Source of the DNA: Erysipelotrichaceae bacterium OH741_COT-311
GTDB taxonomy: Bacteria; Bacillota_I; Bacilli_A; Erysipelotrichales; Erysipelotrichaceae
Assembly: GCA_003858585.1 (NCBI GenBank)
Contig: RQZE01000005.1
Location: 1 to 32,000 of the forward strand
Direction of reading: 5' to 3'
Length of the DNA: 32,000 nucleotides
Below, in pieces: positions 1-7,398 of the stretch. A model generated the notes under the pieces. That model made no database searches. It was given only the letters and a program-made list of their open reading frames with translations, and was not told where the DNA came from. Within the stretch, counting starts at the first letter, position 1; the number at the start of each line of letters is the position of its first letter. Both the position numbers and the translations under genes were made by a program.

Positions 1-367
1 ACAAACTGTTTTCTGCAAGAAATAACACCAAATCATTTAGTTTATGTACACCAGCGCGACGAAGTGCATTCACCATTCTATCACTTAATCCAATTTCATC
101 TATTAATACTTCCTCATCTTGTACATCAGCATTTTTATCTATCAACTCTTCTTCAAAAATTTCAAAATCCTCTTCCTGCGACCAAATTTCAATTTTCTCG
201 TGCGTTTCTGGCATAATTTTAACTTCATCAATCTCGTTAACTTCGCAAATCGATTCTTGTATCAATACACTCTTCTCGACATATATTTTTTTTACTGGAT
301 TCAAACAATATGGACACACATCAAATTTTTCAGTACTAAACTCATTTCCGCACGAACCACAAATCAT
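1..367 (-). CDS. Partial CDS (N-terminal 122 aa, continues past the left edge): CxxC...CxxC zinc ribbon, acidic linker, and an RNA polymerase alpha-CTD-like helix-hairpin-helix. Fifth gene (E) of the candidate operon.
   Basis: It is absent from the ORF track because no stop falls in the window. My own minus-strand translation from the ATG at 367-365 gives MICGSCGNEFSTEKFDVCPYCLNPVKKIYVEKSV...EEDFEIFEEELIDKNADVQDEEVLIDEIGLSDRMVNALRRAGVHKLNDLVLFLAENSL, open to position 1. The ATG overlaps the upstream stop as ATGA. A GAGGGTGA SD lies 4-5 nt upstream, inside gene D. Confidence 0.6.
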   Translation of the reverse strand, partial: MICGSCGNEFSTEKFDVCPYCLNPVKKIYVEKSVLIQESICEVNEIDEVKIMPETHEKIEIWSQEEDFEIFEEELIDKNADVQDEEVLIDEIGLSDRMVNALRRAGVHKLNDLVLFLAENSL

Positions 368-1107
368 ACTTCACCCTCAATAACATCCAGCAATTTTTCA
401 TATACTTTATCATATATCTCCTGATAATCGAGCATATCCAATATATATGTTCCTGCAAGTAAATTCACATATTTAGCCACTTCTCTTATTGTTTCTCTGT
501 TATCTCCTTTATTATTCTTAACAATGTCATAAATTGCATTTAACGTTGCCTTTTGAACAGTTGGATTATTAAATGTACTTCTTCCACAAATAGTCTCTAT
601 AAAATCCTGATGATTACACATAAATTTAGTCAATTCAAAAGGATCTTCTCGTTTTTCATCATAAGTAACTCTTCCAATCCACCAAAGTCTAGAAATACCA
701 TTTCTAAATAAAGATCTATTTTTCGAATAATTAAAAAAATAGCGATTAAGCATATCTGTGCTCGAAGTAGCTTTCCAACGATATTTCATATATTCAATTT
801 GTTCACTAAGTGTATAAGCAACCCATATTCTTTCATCAGAAGCTTGAGAATCCGACAATTCTTTCATGTGATTATATATTCGTTGAGCATTTTCCGCATC
901 TGTCAATGGTTCCTTTCCTGCGGGTTGACTCATGTCAAGTATAAAATCTTCAATTTCAAAAGGTGTGTCTTTGATTTGACCAATATCACATAAAAAATCC
1001 CCCAAAGATTTCTCACCTGTTTGTATTACCTCTCTATATAACGTATTAACGTTTTTTTTTAACATTTCTATACTGTCTTCTGTAAGAAATTTAATCTTCT
1101 TCATCAT
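364..1107 (-). CDS. Hypothetical protein, about 247 aa, no domain recognised. Gene D of the candidate operon.
   Basis: The track ORF is 364..1113 and starts at a GTG. ATG codons at 1107 and 1104 sit 5-8 nt after an AGAGGTGA SD. The start lies inside the 3' end of gene C (14-17 nt overlap). The protein contains a Trp/Arg-rich block, FRNGISRLWWIGRVTYDEKREDPFELTKF. Confidence 0.7.
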   Translation of the reverse strand: MMKKIKFLTEDSIEMLKKNVNTLYREVIQTGEKSLGDFLCDIGQIKDTPFEIEDFILDMSQPAGKEPLTDAENAQRIYNHMKELSDSQASDERIWVAYTLSEQIEYMKYRWKATSSTDMLNRYFFNYSKNRSLFRNGISRLWWIGRVTYDEKREDPFELTKFMCNHQDFIETICGRSTFNNPTVQKATLNAIYDIVKNNKGDNRETIREVAKYVNLLAGTYILDMLDYQEIYDKVYEKLLDVIEGEV

Positions 1108-1957
1108 TATCACCTCTTAAATAATAAACTGCCTTAGGTATTGGGCTATCTAATAATTTTTGTGCAAAATCAAATGGCTCTAAATTTTCTAAGGTTTCTT
1201 CATCAAATAGTACATTCATTTTCTCTGCAGCTTTTCTAAGACTTCTATACCACCTAAAGTCTTCATAATTATATAAATGTGTACGTGAGTCCTTTATCTC
1301 AGTCAAAGCATAAACAAGTGCCGGAATTATTAGCATTGAATGCATTATTGGCTGAATATCAAAACTACTACTCATGTTAGCATAAATCGAAAAAGTTTCC
1401 CGAGGAACCGCTATCACAATCTTATTTCCACTTGTATTAATCTTAATATTTGTTTCTGTATCTTCCATATTAGGTATTATTGAAAAAATGGAAGCAGTAT
1501 TTGCTAAATCATCCCTAACCTTATTTACTCTTAAATTAATCTGACTACCAACAGCCAGAATACATCCTCTATCAATATCAAATCTAAAGCCCTTAAAATC
1601 TTGCGAAAACAAACTATTAGAATACTTTTCAAGTTTTCTATTTGCTATCAAAAAAGTGCAAACTTGAATTAGTCCATTTACTTCTTCATCTCTCAAAACA
1701 AATTCTTTCTCTATTTCATTCGTTAAAACAACTTTTCTAAAACATGTTTGTGTGCATTCTATATGATGTGCAATCATAACAACTTCTTTAGAAAGCAAAT
1801 CTTCCAATTCACGATTTACAAGTTTAGCTCGCAGTATAAGTCTTATATTATATCCATCCATCTTGTGTTCTACACTTGATTCAAATGAACTATTAACATA
1901 AAAATCAGCCTCTTCTGTTATAACTGGATACGTAAAATATTTACTTCTCAGTTGCAT
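1091..1957 (-). CDS. Hypothetical protein, 288 aa, acidic C-terminal tail, no domain recognised. Gene C of the candidate operon.
   Basis: Track ORF. The ATG at 1957 follows a GGAGGTGA SD (about 1963-1970) and overlaps the 3' end of gene B by 17 nt. The protein ends in GDNDEED. Confidence 0.7.
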   Translation of the reverse strand: MQLRSKYFTYPVITEEADFYVNSSFESSVEHKMDGYNIRLILRAKLVNRELEDLLSKEVVMIAHHIECTQTCFRKVVLTNEIEKEFVLRDEEVNGLIQVCTFLIANRKLEKYSNSLFSQDFKGFRFDIDRGCILAVGSQINLRVNKVRDDLANTASIFSIIPNMEDTETNIKINTSGNKIVIAVPRETFSIYANMSSSFDIQPIMHSMLIIPALVYALTEIKDSRTHLYNYEDFRWYRSLRKAAEKMNVLFDEETLENLEPFDFAQKLLDSPIPKAVYYLRGDNDEED

Positions 1958-3821
1958 ATGCTTTCACCTCCATAGCACAAAGATTATAAAAATCTAACTC
2001 AACTTTCATTCGCAAAGTCTTATCTTTTTCAAACTTTATACCACTAATAGTATTTCCAAAAATAGAGACTTTACCATAACCTAACGTAATAACAGCATTT
2101 TTTATACAAGCTTCATAGTTCTGTGTCTCACCTGACAAATATACTTCTATCGAAACATCATTTACATTTTCATTGGGTGTAAGCATGAACAAATATTGCC
2201 CTTTAGATTTATTCACACAAATTGAAACAAACTTCTTTAGTGAAACATTTTTTTTCGAAGGATTACCAGCATCATTTGATCCATCTACTGTATGAGCAGG
2301 TTGTGGATTTTTATAACCAGGATTCTTTGTGTGCCCTTCGTTATGAAACCACTCTCGCTCATCTCCCTCAGGCTCTTTTTCTCCTTCTATGGTCAAATCA
2401 TTATCTTTCACTTTATTGAAACCCGATTTATCTCCTGCCCTTGTTCGCTTAGGAACAACCTTTAATTCAACTTCAACAATTTTATCACCTACTACCTCCT
2501 CTTTCGATTTATCTTGTTGATTATCTGAAACATCTGGCAAAAACATCCCTACTCCTACAGCGTCAATTTCATCTCCACCACCAACTGATATAAACTTCTC
2601 AATAGTTTCATTTATAAATCTGTTTAACGATTTAATTAATTCACGTGCTCTAATCGGATTTTTTGCCCTATCAGGTTGCCACTTTGTATGCTCTGGATTC
2701 TCCATCACTCTAAGCTTCTCATTAATTTTATCGCCTTCAATAAACATTATCCCTACACATGGTACATGTCCTGGAAGATGATTCCTGTCCATAATTTTCA
2801 TTCCGGTTTTGCGAATCATCGCTACTTTTCTAGGTGAATCTGGTTCTCCTATTAAAATTCCAAATCTAATATTACCCAATCCCATAAAATCTTTTTCTAT
2901 CCAGTGTGTCTTATCTGATATAAGCACCTTAAAATATTGTTCTGTATAATCAATCAAGTCATCTCTATAAATTTCAATTAAATCTGCCAAGGTTTCCTTT
3001 GAGACAAGCTTATCACCTACATTAAGCATCAGCTTATTGTTCCATATAGCACCCAAAAATCCATCCAAAACAGAAACAATAATATCTTTTTGCCAATCAC
3101 CATTAGCAAATTTGTATCCCGCTATATAAATATCAGTTCCATATTCTCCCCTAGTTCGCTTATAATCTGGATCTATTGACAATTGGTCATATACCGGAGT
3201 ATTCTTTTCATTTCCAAAATAACCTATTCCTTGGGTAGTTTGTTCGTCTTCATACCTTTTGAAAGTAACTAATCTAGCTACACCTTGGTATGCCTCCTCT
3301 TCATCAATATTATAAGTGCTATAAAAAACTGTGGAAAAATCAGAACATGCAAAAGGAGCAAACTTACCAATCCCATAAGATCCTCCCGCAGTTCCTTTTT
3401 TATCCGATAATCCAGATGATTTTGTTAGGTTAGTCCAGTTTGTATTAATTTCCTTATAAACACCTGTAAGTCCAACAGTGTTAAAATCACTAATTCTCAA
3501 AAATACACAATCCTCTTTTTGAGCAGCTACCAGAGCATTTGTATAGAATTCTTTAGTAGTGATAGATTTCTGCATTTCCCAAAAATCTAAGCATCTCTGA
3601 AATACATCTTTTAAATATGGCATTCCAGGAATATTAGCTGTAGAAATAGAAAAAACATTAAAATCTACTTTAACTATCTCTCCTTTTGTCGCATCCAATG
3701 AGTTTTGACATATTTCACGCGCCAGCGACTTTAAAGGTGTTCCCCTGAAGGTCGCTATACCTGAATCATTTATCCCTTTATTTTCCCCATAATCATTTGA
3801 TGGAAATCGCCATTTTATCAT
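1941..3821 (-). CDS. GHKL-superfamily (Hsp90/MORC/sacsin-like) ATPase, 626 aa, with a charged low-complexity linker and a C-terminal beta-rich domain. Gene B of the candidate operon.
   Basis: The track ORF is 1941..3884. I prefer the internal ATG at 3821, which follows GAGGAGGG by 4 nt (protein MIKWRFPSNDY...). The Bergerat-fold motifs occur in order: N-box LAREICQNSLDA, motif II ISDFNTVGLTG, NLTKSSG, and G-box GGSYGIGKFAPF. They parallel ELISNASDALDK / DTGIGM / GTIAKSGS / IGQFGVGFYSAF of the HtpG encoded in this same window. Confidence 0.8.
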   Translation of the reverse strand: MIKWRFPSNDYGENKGINDSGIATFRGTPLKSLAREICQNSLDATKGEIVKVDFNVFSISTANIPGMPYLKDVFQRCLDFWEMQKSITTKEFYTNALVAAQKEDCVFLRISDFNTVGLTGVYKEINTNWTNLTKSSGLSDKKGTAGGSYGIGKFAPFACSDFSTVFYSTYNIDEEEAYQGVARLVTFKRYEDEQTTQGIGYFGNEKNTPVYDQLSIDPDYKRTRGEYGTDIYIAGYKFANGDWQKDIIVSVLDGFLGAIWNNKLMLNVGDKLVSKETLADLIEIYRDDLIDYTEQYFKVLISDKTHWIEKDFMGLGNIRFGILIGEPDSPRKVAMIRKTGMKIMDRNHLPGHVPCVGIMFIEGDKINEKLRVMENPEHTKWQPDRAKNPIRARELIKSLNRFINETIEKFISVGGGDEIDAVGVGMFLPDVSDNQQDKSKEEVVGDKIVEVELKVVPKRTRAGDKSGFNKVKDNDLTIEGEKEPEGDEREWFHNEGHTKNPGYKNPQPAHTVDGSNDAGNPSKKNVSLKKFVSICVNKSKGQYLFMLTPNENVNDVSIEVYLSGETQNYEACIKNAVITLGYGKVSIFGNTISGIKFEKDKTLRMKVELDFYNLCAMEVKAYATEK

Positions 3822-3849
3822 AAAACCCTCCTCAATAATAAAATATGTT

Positions 3850-4065
3850 TTATAGCTTAAACTTTTTTGTCCCACTAGAAGCATTATAAATGTGCTCTAA
3901 ATCAGCAATTGCACTTCTAAGTGTTTTTAAAATTTTATTTAAATCTTCTTGGGTATAATCATAATTATTCGAATTAGATAAGTTTCCCATAAGCTCTATA
4001 CCTTTTAAAATATTATTCATTCTTTTTTCGGCTAATCTAACAAATTTTTCTCTCTTGGATTCCAT
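3850..4065 (-). CDS. Small (71 aa) hypothetical protein, probably all-helical. First gene (A) of the candidate operon.
   Basis: Track ORF. A GGAGG SD lies about 8 nt upstream of the ATG (minus strand reads GTGGAGGTAGTGAAATG). The stop is 28 nt before the gene B start. Confidence 0.6.
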   Translation of the reverse strand: MESKREKFVRLAEKRMNNILKGIELMGNLSNSNNYDYTQEDLNKILKTLRSAIADLEHIYNASSGTKKFKL

Positions 4066-4099
4066 TTCACTACCTCCACTTACTCAAAAACACACTACA

Positions 4100-4128
4100 A
4101 ATATACTACATTTTAAAAATATATTCAA
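4100..4128 (-). promoter_or_regulatory. Putative sigma-A promoter of the candidate operon (TTGAAT-17 nt-TATATT).
   Basis: The minus strand reads TTGAAT ATATTTTTAAAATGTAG TATATT, about 35 nt upstream of the gene A start. The background is AT-rich, so a chance match is possible. Confidence 0.35.
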
Positions 4129-4212
4129 CAATTTATTTATATTTTGTTTAATAATGTAATTTCTTTAATAATTTAGAATTAAAAACAATATTCATTTTTA
4201 AATTATAGTAAA

Positions 4213-4254
4213 CAAAAAAGATATTTAATCCTATTTCTAGATTATATATCTTTT
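4213..4254. terminator. Rho-independent terminator-like hairpin downstream of the ORF6N remnant.
   Basis: Arms AAAGATAT-T-TAATC and GATTA-T-ATATCTTT flank a 9-nt loop, giving about 13 bp. A-runs and T-runs lie on both sides, so it could act on either strand. Confidence 0.5.
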
Positions 4255-4382
4255 AACTTATTTACTATATTTTTTTCTAAATTTATATCAATAGAATTTT
4301 CCTATAAGAATAGGCGCCATGATATATTGGTCATACTTTTTCTCACCATATTTACCGGATTTTCTATCAAGTCTTTATATTA

Positions 4383-4496
4383 CATTTTTGAAATTTCAAA
4401 ACTTTTCTTCCCAGCTTCTTTAATTAATAATCCTATATGATAAACTTCTATGTCATATAACATTAGAAATCTATCACGAAAAATCTGAAGTTGTTT
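4383..4496 (-). pseudogene. Remnant of the C-terminal end of a long-form ORF6N protein, in frame just after the stop of ORF 4497..4937.
   Basis: Reading straight through the TAA at 4497-4499 gives KQLQIFRDRFLMLYDIEVYHIGLLIKEAGKKSFEISKM*. I recall long-form (~330 aa) Firmicute ORF6N proteins ending in a block like ...DRFLIID..VYHIGASLKDLGKKWFAFSK, and this resembles it. That comparison is from memory and was not searched. Confidence 0.55.
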
Positions 4497-4937
4497 TTAC
4501 AGTTGTTTCAATTCCATTCTATCCAGTCTTGCAAACATCTCTTGATTAGATAGTAAAAATTTTCTCATTTCCACAAAACTATTCATAATTTTGATACTCA
4601 CTTCAACAGCTATGTCACTTTTTAATACAGCTGAATGCATTGCAATACCTCGCTCTGTGAAAACATACGGTAGATATCTTCTACCACCATGTTTATTTGA
4701 ACTTGAGGTGGCAAATTGTGACCTCAAGTTTTTAAATTCTTCTTCATTTAATTGAAATCGAAATGATTCAGGAAATCTATTCAAATTTCTTTTTACTGCT
4801 TGGTTGAATACTTTGGTTTCTACCTTATACAAGGCAGCTAAATCACTATCAACCATAACTTGTTTTCCTCTAAATGTGTAAATCATATTTCTTATATCAA
4901 CAACACCTGAAACAATTACACTTGAATTATTACCCAT
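4497..4937 (-). CDS. ORF6N (KilA-N-related) domain protein, truncated form of 146 aa.
   Basis: Track ORF with an AAGGAG SD 7 nt upstream. The sequence shows the typical ORF6N signature: IYTFRGKQVMVDSDLAALYKVETKVFNQAVKRNLNRFPESFRFQLNEEEFKNLRSQFATSS...GGRRYLPYVFTERGIAM. Confidence 0.85.
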   Translation of the reverse strand: MGNNSSVIVSGVVDIRNMIYTFRGKQVMVDSDLAALYKVETKVFNQAVKRNLNRFPESFRFQLNEEEFKNLRSQFATSSSNKHGGRRYLPYVFTERGIAMHSAVLKSDIAVEVSIKIMNSFVEMRKFLLSNQEMFARLDRMELKQL

Positions 4938-5204
4938 ATAATATCTCCTTATTATTTTAATAAATACTTAGTAACATTCATCCTATCTTCAAAATATACA
5001 CCAAATTCTACGTCTATACGTATTATGATTTACCCTTATATAACTAACTTTTAGGTTCAAAAACCTTGAATTTCCATGATGTAATTTTATCATATTTTAG
5101 TTATATTTTTATCATGAAACAAATAGCAAATCATTAATTCAGTAAATTATTAAACCTTTATATACCTATAATGATTAAAAGACAGTAAACTTAGATTTTT
5201 TACT

Positions 5205-5651
5205 CTAACTTCTTCCCTTCTTTTTATTTATCAATTCTATTACGATAGAAAAAATTATTATTACAATGATAACGATAGTCCATATTATCCACATATTATT
5301 TGCCGTTCCACCACCAGCATCAACACCATAAGTTTGAAACATAACCCCTAATACAAATCCGATTGGATAAGAAAGAGCAAGTGCAAATGGCATTATTTTC
5401 GCTTTCTTGAAACACAAAATAGTTATTGATAAAAGAATTGGCAAAAACAGCATAAAAGGTACTTGTTTCATTCTGTGCATTTCAAATAATGCATATCGAA
5501 TGATAATAAAAGAAATAATCAATATAAACAATGAAATTAAACTAATTTTATTTATTCTTTTCACACTACTACCCCCACAAATTAGAGTATACAACTCACT
5601 ACCTTGATAAAAGCCTCCCACCAAAATGATGGAAGGCTTTAAAGAATTCAC
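5205..5651 (-). CDS. Small hydrophobic membrane protein (about 4 TM), function unknown.
   Basis: The track ORF starts at a GTG at 5651. An alternative GTG near 5564 follows a GGGGGT SD-like run. The sequence is strongly hydrophobic and Ile/Phe-rich. Confidence 0.55.
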   Translation of the reverse strand: MNSLKPSIILVGGFYQGSELYTLICGGSSVKRINKISLISLFILIISFIIIRYALFEMHRMKQVPFMLFLPILLSITILCFKKAKIMPFALALSYPIGFVLGVMFQTYGVDAGGGTANNMWIIWTIVIIVIIIFSIVIELINKKKGRS

Positions 5652-5791
5652 CTAAATTCAAAAATTTCCTTTTGAATCTACTTTTTCAACTTTTTAGTAT
5701 CAAAATAGTATCACTCAAAAGTTTTTAGTAACATCTAACCATCTAATGCACTGTTTTCAACGGTTCTACAGCAGAAACATATTTGTTACTG

Positions 5792-7333
5792 TTACTCAAA
5801 TTCTATTGTCCCCGGAGGTTTTGAAGTAATATCCAACAGTACACGATTCACGTGTTTCACCTCATTTACAATACGATTTGAAATTATAGCTAACACCTCA
5901 TATGGAATCTTAGCCCAATCTGCTGTCATACCATCAATCGAAGTAACCGCACGAATTGCCACCGCATAATCATAGGTTCTTTGATCACCCATAACCCCTA
6001 CAGAACGCATATTTGTTAAAGCTGTAAAGTATTGCCAAATATCTCGATCTAAACCAGCCTTGGCAATCTCTTCTCTTAAAATCGCATCGGATTCTTTGAC
6101 AATTTCAAGTTTTTCTTCCGTTACCTCACCCAATACACGAATCCCTAAACCAGGCCCTGGAAATGGCTGTCTCCACACCATAGATTCCGGTAAACCAAGC
6201 TCAATTCCTAACTTACGAACTTCATCTTTAAACAATGTATTTAATGGCTCAATTAATTTAAATTGCATATCTTCCGGCAAGCCACCTACATTGTGATGTG
6301 ATTTAATGGTTTGCGCACTATGTGTTCCACTTTCAATCACATCAGTATACAGCGTTCCTTGTGCTAACCACTTAATATCTTCACCGGATAATAATTTCTT
6401 AACTTCCTCATCAAAAGTATAGATAAACTCATTTCCAATGATTTTACGTTTTGCCTCCGGATCACTAACACCTTTTAACTTTTCTAAAAAACGTTTTGAA
6501 GCATCTACCTTCGTTACATTAATCTTCATGTTTTCCGCAAACATTTCCATAACACCCTTAGCTTCATCTTTTCTTAGTAAGCCATGATCAATAAACATAC
6601 AATACAATTGATCTCCAATGGCCTTATGCAGTAATGCTGCTACAACTGAAGAATCAACACCACCAGATAATGCTAATAACACATTATCCTTACCGACTTG
6701 TTGACGTATTTTTTCTACTTCTTGTTCAATAAATGATTGCATAGACCAATTATTTTTAGCCTGACAAATTTCAAAGACAAAATTCTTTAATAACTCCAAC
6801 CCAAATTCTGAATGTCTTACCTCCGGATGAAATTGTACCGTATAAATCTTTTTTTCCGGATTATGACTAGATGCAAATTGACAAGTACTACTTTTCGCAT
6901 CGGCAACATAGCCATCTGCCAACTGACTTACTTGATCTCCATGTGACATCCATACCACATGTTTCTTCGGCAAGCCTTTAAATAGTAATGAATCACTTTC
7001 CACTTCAATTTCAGTATAGCCATATTCTTTTTTATGACATGCTTGTACTTTTCCACCATGTTCAAAGTGTGTCATCTGCATGCCATAACAAATACCTAAA
7101 ATAGGAATCCCTGCAGTATAGATTTTCGGATCACATTTCGGTGAATGTTCCTCGTAAACACTATTTGGTCCACCACTAAAAATAATCCCCTTGACATCCT
7201 TCATACTTAAAATCTCTTCTAAAGTAATCGTATTTGGATGTAACTCACTATACACACCAAAATCACGAATTCTACGTGCGATTAACTGGTTATATTGACT
7301 CCCAAAGTCTAAAACTATAATTTTATCTGCCAT
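5792..7333 (-). CDS. guaA: GMP synthase (glutamine-hydrolysing).
   Basis: 513 aa. The N-terminal GATase domain begins [23 protein letters not shown], the ATP-PPase P-loop is SGGVDSSV, and the C-terminus is ...KPPGTIEFE. An AGGAGG SD lies upstream. Confidence 0.97.
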   Translation of the reverse strand: MADKIIVLDFGSQYNQLIARRIRDFGVYSELHPNTITLEEILSMKDVKGIIFSGGPNSVYEEHSPKCDPKIYTAGIPILGICYGMQMTHFEHGGKVQACHKKEYGYTEIEVESDSLLFKGLPKKHVVWMSHGDQVSQLADGYVADAKSSTCQFASSHNPEKKIYTVQFHPEVRHSEFGLELLKNFVFEICQAKNNWSMQSFIEQEVEKIRQQVGKDNVLLALSGGVDSSVVAALLHKAIGDQLYCMFIDHGLLRKDEAKGVMEMFAENMKINVTKVDASKRFLEKLKGVSDPEAKRKIIGNEFIYTFDEEVKKLLSGEDIKWLAQGTLYTDVIESGTHSAQTIKSHHNVGGLPEDMQFKLIEPLNTLFKDEVRKLGIELGLPESMVWRQPFPGPGLGIRVLGEVTEEKLEIVKESDAILREEIAKAGLDRDIWQYFTALTNMRSVGVMGDQRTYDYAVAIRAVTSIDGMTADWAKIPYEVLAIISNRIVNEVKHVNRVLLDITSKPPGTIEFE

Positions 7334-7347
7334 ACTTCCTCCTATAC

Positions 7348-7377
7348 AAAAGTGGATTGTTTCAACAACCCACTTTT
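7348..7377 (-). terminator. Hairpin between the permease stop and the guaA start, a possible partial terminator or processing site.
   Basis: AAAAGTGG and CCACTTTT are separated by 14 nt. A-runs and T-runs flank it. It occupies the 65-nt permease-guaA gap. Confidence 0.4.
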
Positions 7378-7398
7378 ATTTTACTATAAATTATTCAA

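Noticed and set aside
4255-4382. Small palindromes (CCTAT-AAGA-ATAGG) and a lone GGCGCC in the AT-rich spacer, considered as a possible att site, sRNA or integrase remnant.
   Set aside because: There is no ORF, no recognisable RNA fold and no repeat partner in the window. The evidence is insufficient.
5785-5796. The tandem GTTACT GTTACT at the guaA stop as a definitive att core.
   Set aside because: Six bp is too short to be significant in AT-rich DNA, and no second copy can be sought because the other island end is outside the window. I kept it only as a hint in the island finding.
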